From positions 558,001 to 622,000 of the forward strand of contig CM059432.1 of the NCBI GenBank assembly GCA_030390025.1: a stretch of DNA of 64,000 bases. The letters run 5' to 3'. How positions within the stretch are numbered: position 1 is the stretch's first letter; every line of letters begins with the position of its first letter. Origin of the DNA: Squalus acanthias. Its lineage: Eukaryota. A model generated the notes under the pieces. The model was not told where the DNA came from, did not search any database, and saw nothing but the letters and a program-made list of their open reading frames with translations. Shown here in pieces: positions 1-10,954 of this stretch. Position numbers and translations under genes: made by a program.

Positions 1-160
1 CAAAACTCTGCCTCTCTTTCTCTCCCCCCGCCTACATAACCCGCCCCTGTTGCTATCCAGGCCTATTATTCTGTTTATCTGACCACCAGTGTCTATTAAA
101 GACCCAATGATTGGAACGATCCATTCATTATTATGCTGGTGATTTCATGTTTATTAGAAG

Positions 161-996
161 ATACAAGCAAGATCTGGACGACATTCTGGCTTGGGCTGAT
201 AAGTGGCAGGTAACATTCGGGGCACACAAGTGCCAGGCAATGACTATCTCCAACAAGCGATCATCTAACCACTGCCCAATGACATTCAGTGGCATTGCCA
301 TCGCTGAATCCCCACCATCAATATCCTGGGGGTCACCATTGACCAGAAACTTAACTGGACCAGCCACATAAATACTGTGGCAACAAGAGCAGGTCAGAGG
401 CTGGGTATTCTGCGGCGAGTGTCTCACCTCCTGACTCCCCAAAATCTTTCCACCATCTACAAAGCACAAGTCAAGAGTGTGATGGAATACTCTCCACTTG
501 CCTGGATGAGTGCAGCTCCAACAACACTCAAGAAGCTCGACACCATCCAAGACAAAGCAGCCCGCTTGATTGGCACCCCATCCACTACCTTAAACATTCA
601 CTCCCTCCACCACCAGCGCACCGTGGCTGCAGTGTGTACCATCTACAAGATGCACTGTAGCAACTCGCCAAGGCTGCTTCGACAGCACCTCCCAAACCCG
701 TGACCTCTAGCACCTAGAAGGACAAGGGCAGCAGGCGCATGGGAACACCACCACCTCCACGTTCCCCTCCAAGTCACACACCATCCTGACTTGGAAATAT
801 ATCGGCCGTTTCTTCATCGTCGCTGGGTCAAAATCCTGGAACTCCCTCCCTAACAGCACTGTGGGAGCACCTTCACCACACGGACTGCAGCGGTTCAAGA
901 AGGTGGCTCACCACCACCTTCTCAAGGGCAACTAGTGATGGGCAATAAATGCCGGCCTTGCCAGCGATGCCCACGTCCCAGGAACAAATAAAAAAA
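161..996 (+). mobile_element. LINE 3' fragment (CR1/L2 group, RT C-terminus)
   Basis: DLDDILAWADKWQVTF...KCQAMTIS and YKAQVKSVMEYSPLAW, ending in an A-rich tail. A related degraded copy lies at ~59270-60250 on -. Confidence 0.8.
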
Positions 997-1413
997 TTAC
1001 AGCTCATAACTTGCTGTTTTTTAAAAAAAAACATTCTCCTCATCTCGCCTCTGGTTCTTTTGCCAATTATATTAATTCTGTTTCCTCTGGTTACCGACCC
1101 TCCTGCCACTGGAAACAGTTTCTCCTTATTTACTCTATCAAAATCCCATATAATTTAGAAAGTTTGCTGTGTTCATTTCATACTTGTTTTTTTTTCCTAA
1201 GTTAAATCCTGATGTAGAAACTATATCTCAGCAAGAGTTTAATTCCGTGTAATATTGTATTAATGTCTTGAAATTCTGTGTCCAGGTCCATCAGCTGTGA
1301 CAACACAAAGCCCTGTCCCTTGTGAACTTTGTATCCTTCAGAGTGAATCAGTTGTACGCCAGTGTATAATGGTGATTAAAATTAGTTTCTTGGGAATTTC
1401 AGGATAAACTCTA

Positions 1414-2045
1414 AAACAAAAGCAAAATACTACAGATGCTGGAAACCTGAAATCCGAAGGGAGAATGCTGGATAACACTCGGCATCCGTGGAGAGAGAAA
1501 CAGCGTTAACGTTTCATCAGAACCGGCAGAAGTTAGAGATTTAACAGCTTTTAAGTTGGGGGGTGGGGGGACAAAAGGAAGGTCTGTGATAGGGTGGAGG
1601 GCAGGAGTGATTGGAAGGAGGGATGGGGTCAGAAGAAAGTGAAGGGGAAGGAGGATCCGGAGGGCGTTGGTAACTAGGAGTCGTTGAAGCTCGCGGTCCT
1701 TGACACCTGAAAGGAAGTTTTTTGTTAAAGCGGCGGATGAGGTGAACGATGAAATGGAACGGCGGGCCAGATAGAGTGAGTCGGTGCTGCTGGAGAGAGA
1801 GGTCGAGAGCGTGCATGTGGCGGTGCATAGCGTTGAGCCTGGATCTCGGGGAAGCGGTGAGAGCAGTGGTTTGAGGAATGCTGAATATCGCGGAGATATC
1901 TGTGATCAAGGGTGGATCGGAAACATGAAGAGTGGAATTTAAGTTGGAATCCACGTGGGAGACGGAGACGGTTGATGAGGATAGAGAGGTGGCTGTGAAA
2001 GAGAGTTTTAGCAGACATGCGGTCAGATACGAGAAGGGAAACCAT
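1414..2045 (-). mobile_element. Penelope-like element remnant (ORF N-terminal piece plus terminal repeat)
   Basis: RLRLPRGFQLKFHSSCF...MHALDLSLQQHRLTLS, followed by the same terminal sequence as 10720-10815. The hammerhead is collapsed (ctgatgaaacgttaac). Confidence 0.6.
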
Positions 2046-2133
2046 TACTAAGGCTCAACTCTAAAACCGTGTACCAATACATTCAGTGAAGCGTTGTCTT
2101 GTCAATGGCATCCATGTTTTCTTTAACTTTTAG

Positions 2134-2187
2134 ATTCTTCCTCGTGGAGTGTGTTTCAGCCTGATATTATAATTAATGCGAGCGAAG
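2134..2187 (+). CDS. RMC1: RMC1 (C18orf8/MIC1) internal exon, ~exon 12
   Basis: ag|...|gtgagt. Encodes YSSSWSVFQPDIIINASEG, matching human RMC1 YSSSWIVFQPDIIISASQG. Upstream exons lie outside the window. Confidence 0.9.
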
Positions 2188-2499
2188 GTGAGTGGATTCT
2201 GGAGGGGGAGTTCTTGCAGTATTTGTATCCTGGGCCATTTATAGATTTATTTCTTTGTGCAAAGTGTCATATAAAGTGTTTTGCAATAATCTCTCACTAA
2301 CCCAGCCTGTACAGGTTTTGAATCTTGGAGAAAGGACAGTGAGCTGTTTCTTTTGTGGCCAAATGTTATGAGGGCAGTGTGCAGTGGCACATTTGGGGCT
2401 GAGGATTATTTGTTCTTCCTTTCTCCCTCATTCTCTCTCTTTCCCCCCACCGCCCCCTGCCTCAGTCATCTGCCTGCTGCTATCTTGTAAGTCTTCCGG

Positions 2500-3560
2500 C
2501 AACAAGGTAATTGGCAAAAGAACCAGGGGGGGAGATGAGGATTTTTTTTACGCAGCGAGTTGTGATCTGGAATGCGCTGCCTGAAAGGGCGGTGGAAGCA
2601 GATTCAATAGTAACTTTCAAAAGGGAATTGGATAAATACTTGAAGAAATTTGCAGGGCTATGGGGAAAGAGCAGGGGGAGTGGGACTAATTGGAGAGCTC
2701 TTCAAAGAGCCGGCACAGGCAGGATGGACCATTGCCCCCGCCCCCCCGCTCTTTCCCCATAGCCCTGCATCGCTCTCCTTTTCAAGTAGCGTATTCCAGA
2801 TCATCATAACTCGCTGCATAAAAATAATTCGCCTCATCTCTTCCCCCCCCCCCCCCCCTGATTCTTTTGCCAATTATACTCATTGGAATTTAGAAGAATG
2901 AGAGGTGATCTTATTGAAACATATAAGATACTGAGGGGGCTCGACAAGGTAGATGCAGAGAGGATGTTTCCCCTCGTGGGGAAATCTAGAACTCGGGGGC
3001 ACAGTTTCAGAATAAAGGGTCGCCCTTTTAGAACTGAGATGAGGAGGAATTTCTTCTGAGGGTTGTAAATCTGTGGAATTCTCTGCCCCAGAGAGCCGTG
3101 GAGGCTGGGTCATTAAATACATTTAAGGTGGAGATAGACAGATTTTTGCAAGATAAGGGAGTGAAGGGTTATGGGGAGCGGGCGGGGAAGTGGCTTTGAG
3201 CCCAAGATCAGCCATGATCTCATTGAATGGCGGAGCAGGCTCGAGGGGCCAAGTGGCCTATTCCTGCTCCTATTTCTTATGTTCTTATCTTAAATCTGTG
3301 TCCTCTGGTTACCGACTGGAAACAGCTTCTCTTTATTTACTCTGCTGTAAGGAGAACAATCCCAGCTTCTCCAGTCTCTCCACGTAACTGAAGTCCCCCA
3401 TCCCTGGTTCCATTCTAGTAAATCTCCTCTGCACCCTCTCCAAGGCCTTGACACCCCTTCCTAAAGTGCGGTGCCCAGAATTGCACACAATACTCTAGCT
3501 GAGGTCGAGCCAGTGATTTATAAAGGTTTAGCTGTAACCTCCTGGCTTTTGTTACCTCTA
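2500..3560. mobile_element. Cluster of CR1-type LINE 3' fragments, one + copy (2878-3287) nested in a - copy
   Basis: RRMRGDLIETYKI and FFTQRVV..WN motifs. The minus-strand element breaks at ttttgccaattat and resumes at cttaaatctgtgtcc. Confidence 0.8.
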
Positions 3561-3621
3561 TGCCCTTATTTATAGCTTTCCGTAGCTTTTTAATTGACTG
3601 GCTTGTGTGAATTCTGGACAG

Positions 3622-3750
3622 GTTACTTGTGGTGTCTGCAAATGAAGCTGCAGCCGATTGTGCACATGCTTCAAGACAAGGGGCGGCTGATGGATTTCCT
3701 TCTGCAGAGGAAAGACTGCAAGATGGTCACCTTGTCGGTGTGCTGTCAGA
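3622..3750 (+). CDS. RMC1: RMC1 exon ~13
   Basis: cag|...|gtgagt. GYLWCLQMKLQPIVHMLQDKGRLMDFLLQRKDCKMVTLSVCCQ, in frame with neighbouring exons. Confidence 0.93.
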
Positions 3751-3916
3751 GTGAGTACCGCACCGCGCTTGGAACGCATCGTATCCATTCGTGTTGTTTT
3801 TAGTTTGGAATACATGGATAATAAAGGAGAGAGTTTCTCATTTTAATACGAACCTTTAGCATTTTGGTCAGGTTATTTTCGTCGCTGGTCAAGTCTCTTT
3901 ACTGCATTTGTGCATG

Positions 3917-4231
3917 ATGCGGAGATGCCGGTGTTGGACTGGGGTGGACAAAAGTGAGAAGTCGCACAACACCAGGTTATAGTCCAACAGGTTTATTTGA
4001 AATCACCAAGCTTTCGGAGCGGCTGCTCCTTCGTCACTTGGCCCCTCGAGCCTGCTCCGCCATTCAATAAGACCATGGCTGACCTTGGGCTCAAAGCCAC
4101 TTCCCCGCCCGCTCCCCATAACCCTTCACTCCCTTATCTTCACCTGACGACGGAGCAGCCGCTCCGAAAGCTTGTGATTTCAAATAAACCTGTTGGACTA
4201 TAACCTGGTGTTGTGCGACTTCTCACTTTTA
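3917..4231. mobile_element. Short fold-back Penelope-like insertion with a CR1 fragment as spacer
   Basis: Inverted arms ~3950-4036 and 4145-4230, a tail on one side only, and a direct repeat catttgtgcatg at 3905-3916 and 4232-4243. Confidence 0.8.
4140..4177 (+). ncRNA. Minimal type I hammerhead ribozyme motif
   Basis: tcac-CTGACGA-c-ggagc-agcc-gctcc-GAA-AGCT-T-gtga: stem I tcac/gtga, stem II ggagc/gctcc, palindromic stem III. Confidence 0.7.
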
Positions 4232-4329
4232 CATTTGTGCATGTAGAGAGCAGCATGGGTTCAACAATGTAAAACAAGAAGTGCCTGCTTTGTAACATCC
4301 ACCCTTGTTCCAGTACTCATCGGAAACGT

Positions 4330-4790
4330 AGGGGCTTAGAGGGTTAAATTATGAAAGCAGGTTGCATAGACTAGGCTTGTATTCCCCTGAAGAAAGAAGA
4401 TTAAGGGGTGATCTCATTGAGGTGTTTAAGATGATTAAAGGAGTTGTTAGGGTCGATAGAGAGAAACTATTTCCTCTGGTGGGGGGAGTCCAGAACAAGG
4501 GGGCATAAACTTAAAATTGGAGCCAGGCCGTTCAGGGGTGATGTCAGGAAGCATTTCTTCACACAAAGGGTAGTGGAAATCTGGAAAACTCTCCCCCAAA
4601 AAGCTGCTGAGGCTGGTGGGGCCAATTGAAGGTTTCAAATCTAAGATTGATAGATTTTTGTGAGGCAAGGCTATTAAGGGTTACGGAACCAAGGCGGGTA
4701 AATGAAGATAAGATACAGATCAGCCAAGATCTAATTGAATGGCGGAATAGGCTCGAGGGGCTGAATGGCCTCCTCCTGTTCCTAACGCCA
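4330..4790 (+). mobile_element. CR1-type LINE 3' fragment
   Basis: RTRGHKLKI...RKHFFTQRVVEIW plus the gatcagcc...gaatggc 3'UTR. Confidence 0.8.
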
Positions 4791-4850
4791 TGTTGCATGG
4801 GACTTTGCTAAATATTGTTGCAGTAATTCTGTTACATCTTTTTATTTCAG

Positions 4851-4957
4851 TGCTGAGTGCCGCAGAGCGCGGTAGTTTGCCTGTGATTGCTACCATATTT
4901 GATAAACTCAATCAAGTGTACAAAGAATACCTAGAAGCTGAGCAAAACTATACCTTG
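4851..4957 (+). CDS. RMC1: RMC1 exon ~14
   Basis: ttcag|...|gtgagg. MLSAAERGSLPVIATIFDKLNQVYKEYLEAEQNYTL. Confidence 0.93.
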
Positions 4958-5124
4958 GTGAGGACTGCCTGCAGTATTCACTGTCCATAACACTTCTCGT
5001 CATGTATGCTGTTCTGTGGGAGGGAGTTTAATTTATTGCTGGAAGATGTACAGCGAGAACTGCAGTCAAGAATCTCTCTGCTCTTCGATTCCTCTATAAC
5101 TGGTAACCCTCCTGTAAAATTCAA

Positions 5125-5714
5125 AGCATTACTACAATTGTACAGGGCCTTAGTGAAACCACACCTGGAGTACTGTGCACAGTTTTGGTCTCCTTATCTA
5201 AGGAAGGATATACTTGCCTTGGAGGCGGTGCAACGAAAGTTCACTAGATTGATTCCTGGGATGAGAGGGCTGTCCTATGATGAGAGGTTGTGTAGAATGG
5301 GCCTATACTCTCTGGAGTTTAGAAGAATGAGAGGTGATCTCATTGAAACATACAAGATTCTGAAGGCGATTGACAGGGTAGATGCTGAGAGGTTGTTTCC
5401 CCCTGGCTAGAACTAAGGGACACAGTCTCAGGATAAGGGGTCGGCCATTTAAGACCGAGATGAGGAGGAATTTCTTCACTCAGAGGGCGGTGAATCTTTG
5501 GATTTCTCTGCCCCAGAGGGCTGTGAATGCTCAGTCGTTGAGTATATTCAAGGCGGAGATCGATAGATTTTTGGACTCTAGGGGAATCAAGGGATATGGA
5601 GATCGGGCGGGAAAGTGGAGTAGAGGTCGATGATCAGCCATGATCTTATTGAATGGCGGAGCAGGCTCGAGGGGCCGTATGGCCTACTCCTGCTCCTAAT
5701 TGTTATGTTCTTAT
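5125..5714 (+). mobile_element. CR1-type LINE 3' fragment containing the left duplication breakpoint
   Basis: LYRALVKPHLEYCAQFWSPYLRKDI...RRMRGDLIETYKI. Confidence 0.85.
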
Positions 5715-6179
5715 AACCGGGTTGCCAAATGGATGAATTACTCAAATATTTTGAGACACGTTTGTCCACATCTCTTTAAAAGAAGGAAAGAAAGGACTTT
5801 GCATTTATATGGCCTGGGGACGTCCCAAAGAGCTTTGCGACCAATGAAGTACTTTTTGGAGTGTAGTGACTATTATAATGTAGGAAACGCGGTAGCCAAT
5901 TTACACACAGCAAGAGCCCACAAACAGCAATGTGATAATGACCAGATAATTTTTTTTCAGTGATGTTGATTGAGGGATAAATATTGGCCAGGACACCGGG
6001 AGAACTCCCTGCTTTTCTTCAAAATAGAGCCATGGGATCTTTTACCTTTGCATAAGGTCCCACGTCTACCTTTTAGGCACACTCTTCTTTTCTCTCTACC
6101 TCCAGCCGCTTTTGAAAGTAATTGTTTTGAGTTTTAATAGCCTGCAATGCAGTGATTGAGGCTTTTTTCTTTTGCGTAG

Positions 6180-6299
6180 GCTATGGAGTCTGGAGCAAGT
6201 CGCAGCAGCTCGACTCAGAAGAGGCCGGTGCGGACACAGGCTGTCATTGACCAGTCCGACATGTACACACATGTCCTGTCCGTGTTCACCGAGAAAAAG
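6180..6299 (+). CDS. RMC1: RMC1 exon ~15 (duplication copy 1)
   Basis: tag|...|gttagc. AMESGASRSSSTQKRPVRTQAVIDQSDMYTHVLSVFTEKK. Confidence 0.92.
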
Positions 6300-7254
6300 G
6301 TTAGCAGCGCCGAATGAGATTCGCCTGATTTTGGAAAAGGAAAAACTGACAAAAGCAAAGTGAACAGAAGCTCATTCTGTTACGATGGGATTACTGTAAA
6401 ACTGATCCCAAAGAGACAAGTCACATTAATGGGGATAATCTGAGAGGCCAACTCGGAAAACCTTTGATTCTGATACCCAACACCAATCTAATTGGTGTTG
6501 ACGAAATTGAGGTGGAGTACCACAAAGAAAGACTTGCATTTCTATAGCGCCTTTCACAACCTTAGGATGTCTCAAAGCGCCTTACCGCCAGTGAAATACT
6601 TTTTGAAGTGTAGTCACTGTTGTAATGTAGGGAAACGCGGCAGCCAATTTGCGCACAGCAAGGTCCCACAAACAGCAATGTGATAATGACCAGATAATTT
6701 TTTTTTCGTGGTGTTGATTGAGGGATAAGTGTTGTACAGAAAGCAGAATAAAGATTGGGAAATACTGATGGAATTAAAAGAGACAGACAGAAAAAGTTGA
6801 AAAGAAAATGATTTTAATTTAAAAAATTCTCCAACACTAATTAACTTCTGAAGGAATGAGAGTCCACACTTGTAAAATAAAATTTTGAGGGCCAGAGAGG
6901 TTGTTCAGCAGTAATTATCAATTATGACGCCGTTAAAAAATCACTTGCTCCTGAATGCACCAGCCCTAACTTTTTATGGCGTGTTTAGTGTGGAACTAGT
7001 GGGCAAGTAGCCCAAGTTCACGCCATTGTAATCATTTCAATGCCGAGTCTATCGGCGAGGACTGCAATAGCGCATCGTGTGGTGGAGCAGGGAATCTCTG
7101 ACAGCAAATTCTGGATTTCTGCGTTTAACTGCGCATGTAATCCAGAGGTTGCTGTCAGATTTACCCTGTAATAACGGTGATCGCTGATCGCCTCACCGGT
7201 ATTATTACCGCAGATTCCTGGCCAATATATTTTAAAAAGTGAGAGTTAAATTAG

Positions 7255-7740
7255 GGTACAGAAGAGATTTATTAGAATGGTTCCAAGGATGAGGGAATAC
7301 GGTTATGTGGAAAGACTGGAGAAGCTGGGGTTGTTCTCCTTTGGAGCAGAGAAGGCTAAGAGGAGATTTGATAGAGGTGTTCAAAATTATGAAGGGTTTA
7401 GATGGAGTAAATAAAGAGAAACTGTTTCCAATGGCTGAAGGGTTGACGGCCAGAGGGCACAGATTTAAGGTGATTGGCAAAAGAACCAGAGGCGACATGA
7501 GGAAAAACTTATTTACGCAACGAGTGGTTAGGATTTGGAATGCGCTGCCTGATAGGGTGGTGGAAACAGATTCAATAGTAGCCTTCAAGAGGGAATTGGA
7601 TAAATACTTGGAGAAAAAATTGCAGGGATATGGGGCAAGAGCGGGGAGTGGGACTAACTGGATTGCTCTTCGAAAGAGCTGGCGCAGACTGGATGGGCCG
7701 AATGGCCTCCTTCTGTGCTGTACTATTCTATGATTCTATT
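7255..7740 (+). mobile_element. CR1-type LINE 3' fragment (duplicate at ~24030-24517)
   Basis: LEQRRLRGDLIEVFKIMKG...FTQRVVRIWNALP, with (attctatg)-like tail. Confidence 0.85.
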
Positions 7741-7955
7741 GTGATCCTGGAGTTTCTGCTGGTTAGGATAGTATTTATCAGACTTTTATCCTGCAAGCTT
7801 TACGTGTAGGTATTTAGCATAAGTTAGAGTCCACAATACTGCAGGTTTTACCTGGGCTGCTCGGAGCGGGCTTGATGGGCTGAATGGTCTCATTCCATAC
7901 TTGTGTTCTGATGCGTCTCTGCCATGTGATTTTCTACAACTTCTTCTTTTAGCAG

Positions 7956-8033
7956 GACCTTCCCCACAAGTTCATTAGTGCAGTATTGATGGAATACATC
8001 CGGTCTCTCAATCAGTACCAGATCACAGTCCAG
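7956..8033 (+). CDS. RMC1: RMC1 exon ~16 (copy 1)
   Basis: tagcag|...|gtaatc. DLPHKFISAVLMEYIRSLNQYQITVQ. Confidence 0.92.
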
Positions 8034-8125
8034 GTAATCCGTGCCCTTCACTTCAATTAACAATATTGAGATTGGTGTACTTTGATTCTTGTCTGCTTGC
8101 TTTAAAACGTTGTATTTTATTCCAG

Positions 8126-8230
8126 CATTACCTGTACGAATTGGTCATAAAGACCCTAGTCCAGCACAGCCTATTCTACATGCTCCATCAGTTTCTACAG
8201 TACCATGTGCTCAGTGACTCCAAACCACTG
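8126..8230 (+). CDS. RMC1: RMC1 exon ~17 (copy 1)
   Basis: ccag|...|gtgaga. HYLYELVIKTLVQHSLFYMLHQFLQYHVLSDSKPL (Mic1 domain). Confidence 0.94.
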
Positions 8231-9234
8231 GTGAGATACCCGACTTCCTGAAGAATTCACCAGACTGTTGAACTGGCCTTTGACTGAGTAAACCATACTT
8301 TTATATCTTGTAATAAAAATATCCCTGAAAATATCTTGGATGTAAAGGCAAGGCAAGAACATTCACGTCATCTTAGAAAGTTAGAATTACATCAGAAATA
8401 TGAGCAGCAGTAGGCCACGCGGCCCCTCGAGCCTGCTCCGCCATTCAATAAGATCATGGCTGATCCTCGACCTCAACTCCACTTTCCCAAATTGCACGAG
8501 GATCAGAGATAACCACTAAAGTTAAAAGACTAAGAAAGAAAGACTTGCATTTCTATAGCGCCTTTCACAACCTCCGGACATCCTAAAGCGCTTCACAGCC
8601 AATGAAGTACTTTAGCAGTGTAGTCACTGTTGTACTGTAGGCCTCGCCCCCCCATTACCTCCGCCCCCCCCACCCATCTCTGTCACCTTCTCCAACCCAC
8701 AACCCTCCGAGATCTCCGCGCTCCTCCAAATCTGGCCTCTTGAGCATCCCCGATTTCCATCGCTCCCCCATTGGCGGCCGTGCCTTCAGCTGCCAAGGCC
8801 CTAAGCTCAGGCATTCCCTCCCTAAACCTCTCCGCCTCTCATTCCTCCTTTAGGTCGCTCCTTAAAACCTACCTCTCCTGTCCTAATACCTCCTTATGCG
8901 GCTCGGTGTCAAATCTTGTCTGATAACACTCCTGCGAAGCATCCTGGGATGTTAAAGGCGCTATATAGATGCAGGTTCTTGTTGTTGGAGGCAGTACTCT
9001 TTATGACCCCTTAAAGTTTGAGGATGATGCTCCCTTGTGTGTTTCTACCCTGTGTCACACACCATCTGCTCCTGGGCTGGTGGGTGACCTATTGTGAGTG
9101 CAGTGCTGCTCTAAAATCGACCTTTGGGAGGTGTGCGAGAGGCGCCCCATTTAATAAATCGTACGACAATCATTTGAAACTTTGGAGCTGCATGCAGACA
9201 TTATATCGATTTTACACGAGCTTTTATCTTCCAG

Positions 9235-9303
9235 GCCTGTCTGCTTCTATCGCTGGAGAGCACCTACCCTCCTGCACATCAACTGTCCCTTGACATGCTA
9301 AAG
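9235..9303 (+). CDS. RMC1: RMC1 exon ~18 (copy 1)
   Basis: ccag|...|gtagga. ACLLLSLESTYPPAHQLSLDMLK. Confidence 0.93.
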
Positions 9304-10356
9304 GTAGGAACTCGCTTGTCTTTACATTCACTTGGCAGGTCTCTAAAGCCTCCACAGGTGAAATAATCCCTAAATGCTTTCTGGCAGCCTCTTACTTGCT
9401 TAATCTTGTTCCGCCCCCCCCCCCCCCCCCCGGCCCATTCAAGCACTAAAAGAGCCAAGATGGGATGGAGTTCTTTTTTACAAAACATGACGAACGCCCC
9501 TTAATGGGTCCTTTTACAACTGAATGATTGGTGTAGAAAGTTGTTCAGTATGGAGTGTGTTCCCTTACCCATTCTCTAAAGCAATCTTTTTCACAATCAT
9601 AGAATGATACAGCACAGAAGGAGGCCATTCGGCCCATCGTGCCTGTGCCGGCTCTTTGAAAGAGCTCTCCCATTAGTCCCACTCCCCCTGCTCTTTCTCC
9701 AAAGCCCTGCACATTTTCCTTTTCCAGTCCACCTGGCCTAATATTTCCTTATGAGGCTCGGGGTCAGATTTTGTCTGATAACGCTCCTGTGAAGCTCCTT
9801 GGGATGTTTTACTACGTTAAAGGTTCTATATAAATACAATATATATCGCCAATGCAGCACCTGTGTGACTACGTGAACGTGACTTCTCTGTGATATTACC
9901 ACAAGCAAAATCTTCAACATTATGGCTCAGATGTCAAAAAAAACTTAAAACCTGCTTCATCGAATGGCTTACTGATTGAAGCAATGCCTGGTTGTGGAGC
10001 TGTGAAATCCTGGGATGAGAGGTGTTGTCCTGTGAGGAGAGATTGTATAGAATGGGCCGATACTCTCTGGAGTTTAGAAGAATGAGAGGTGATCTCATTG
10101 AAACACACAAGATTCTGAGGGGGATTGACAGGGTAGATGCTGAGAGGTTGTTTCCCCCTGGCTGGAGTGTCTAGAACAAGGGGGCATAGTCTCAGGATAA
10201 GGGTTCGGCCATTTTAGACTGAGATGAGGAGTAATTTCTTCACTGAGGGTTGTGAATCTTTGAAATTCTCCAGCCCAAAGGGTTGTAAATGCTGAATCGT
10301 TGAGTATATTCAAGGCTGAGATAGATTGATTTTTGCACTCTAGGGGAATCAATATA

Positions 10357-10818
10357 TGTGTATACAGCACCTCATCTTTCGTTTAGGCACTTTACAGCCT
10401 TCTGGACTCAATATCGAGTTCAACAATTTCAGGTCAAAACCTCGGCCCCTACCTATCCACCCTTTTGGTTCATGCCTTTTTCCTTTTTTTCTCTCTCTCC
10501 CCCCACGGCAGCTGTCTCTCATTCTGCCAGCATTTCACACTTCACACTTCTAGCCACCTTTTTGTTTCTTAACCTGTCCCATTACCATCTCGTCTTGCCT
10601 TGAGCATCTCTTATCTACTTACCATAGTTATTCCTCCCCCCAGCCTCCCCCTTGCTTTTTTATCTGTTTCATTTCCTGCTTTTTTCTCAGTTCTGACGAA
10701 GGGTTTCGACCTGAAACGTTAACTCTGTTTCTCTCTCCACGGATGTTGCCTGGCCTGCTGAGTTTTTCCAGCGTTTCCTGTTGTTTCAATTTTCCAGCAT
10801 CCGCAGTATTTTGCTATC
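10357..10818 (+). mobile_element. Penelope-like element 3' end (duplicate at ~27128-27628)
   Basis: QHLIFRLGTLQPSGLNIEFNNFR (GIY-YIG C-terminus), then a pyrimidine-rich UTR and a hammerhead motif. Confidence 0.75.
10689..10724 (+). ncRNA. Minimal type I hammerhead ribozyme motif
   Basis: agtt-CTGACGA-agggt-ttcg-acct-GAA-ACGT-T-aact: stem I agtt/aact, stem II closed by a UUCG loop, palindromic stem III. Confidence 0.7.
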
Positions 10819-10954
10819 GTATCCTATTTTTATGTTTATCTAGCTTCCCCTTAAATGCATCTCTGCTATTGGACCTCATGTCACCAAAGATATGGGGCAA
10901 AGTGCCCAGCCACTCTGCAGGAGTCGGGTTTCGATTCTTGGACACTACAGCAGA

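Noticed and set aside
1500..1525. Additional hammerhead on the minus strand
   Set aside because: Stem II is deleted (ctgatgaaacgttaac), so the core cannot form.
4003..4036. Hammerhead in the left arm of the mini palindrome
   Set aside because: Truncated at TGACGA; the first core C and the 5' strand of stem I are missing.
6730..7225. Unclassified CpG-rich intronic segment (duplicate at ~23510-24000)
   Set aside because: Probably an unrecognised repeat. I found no ORF, termini or structure I can support.
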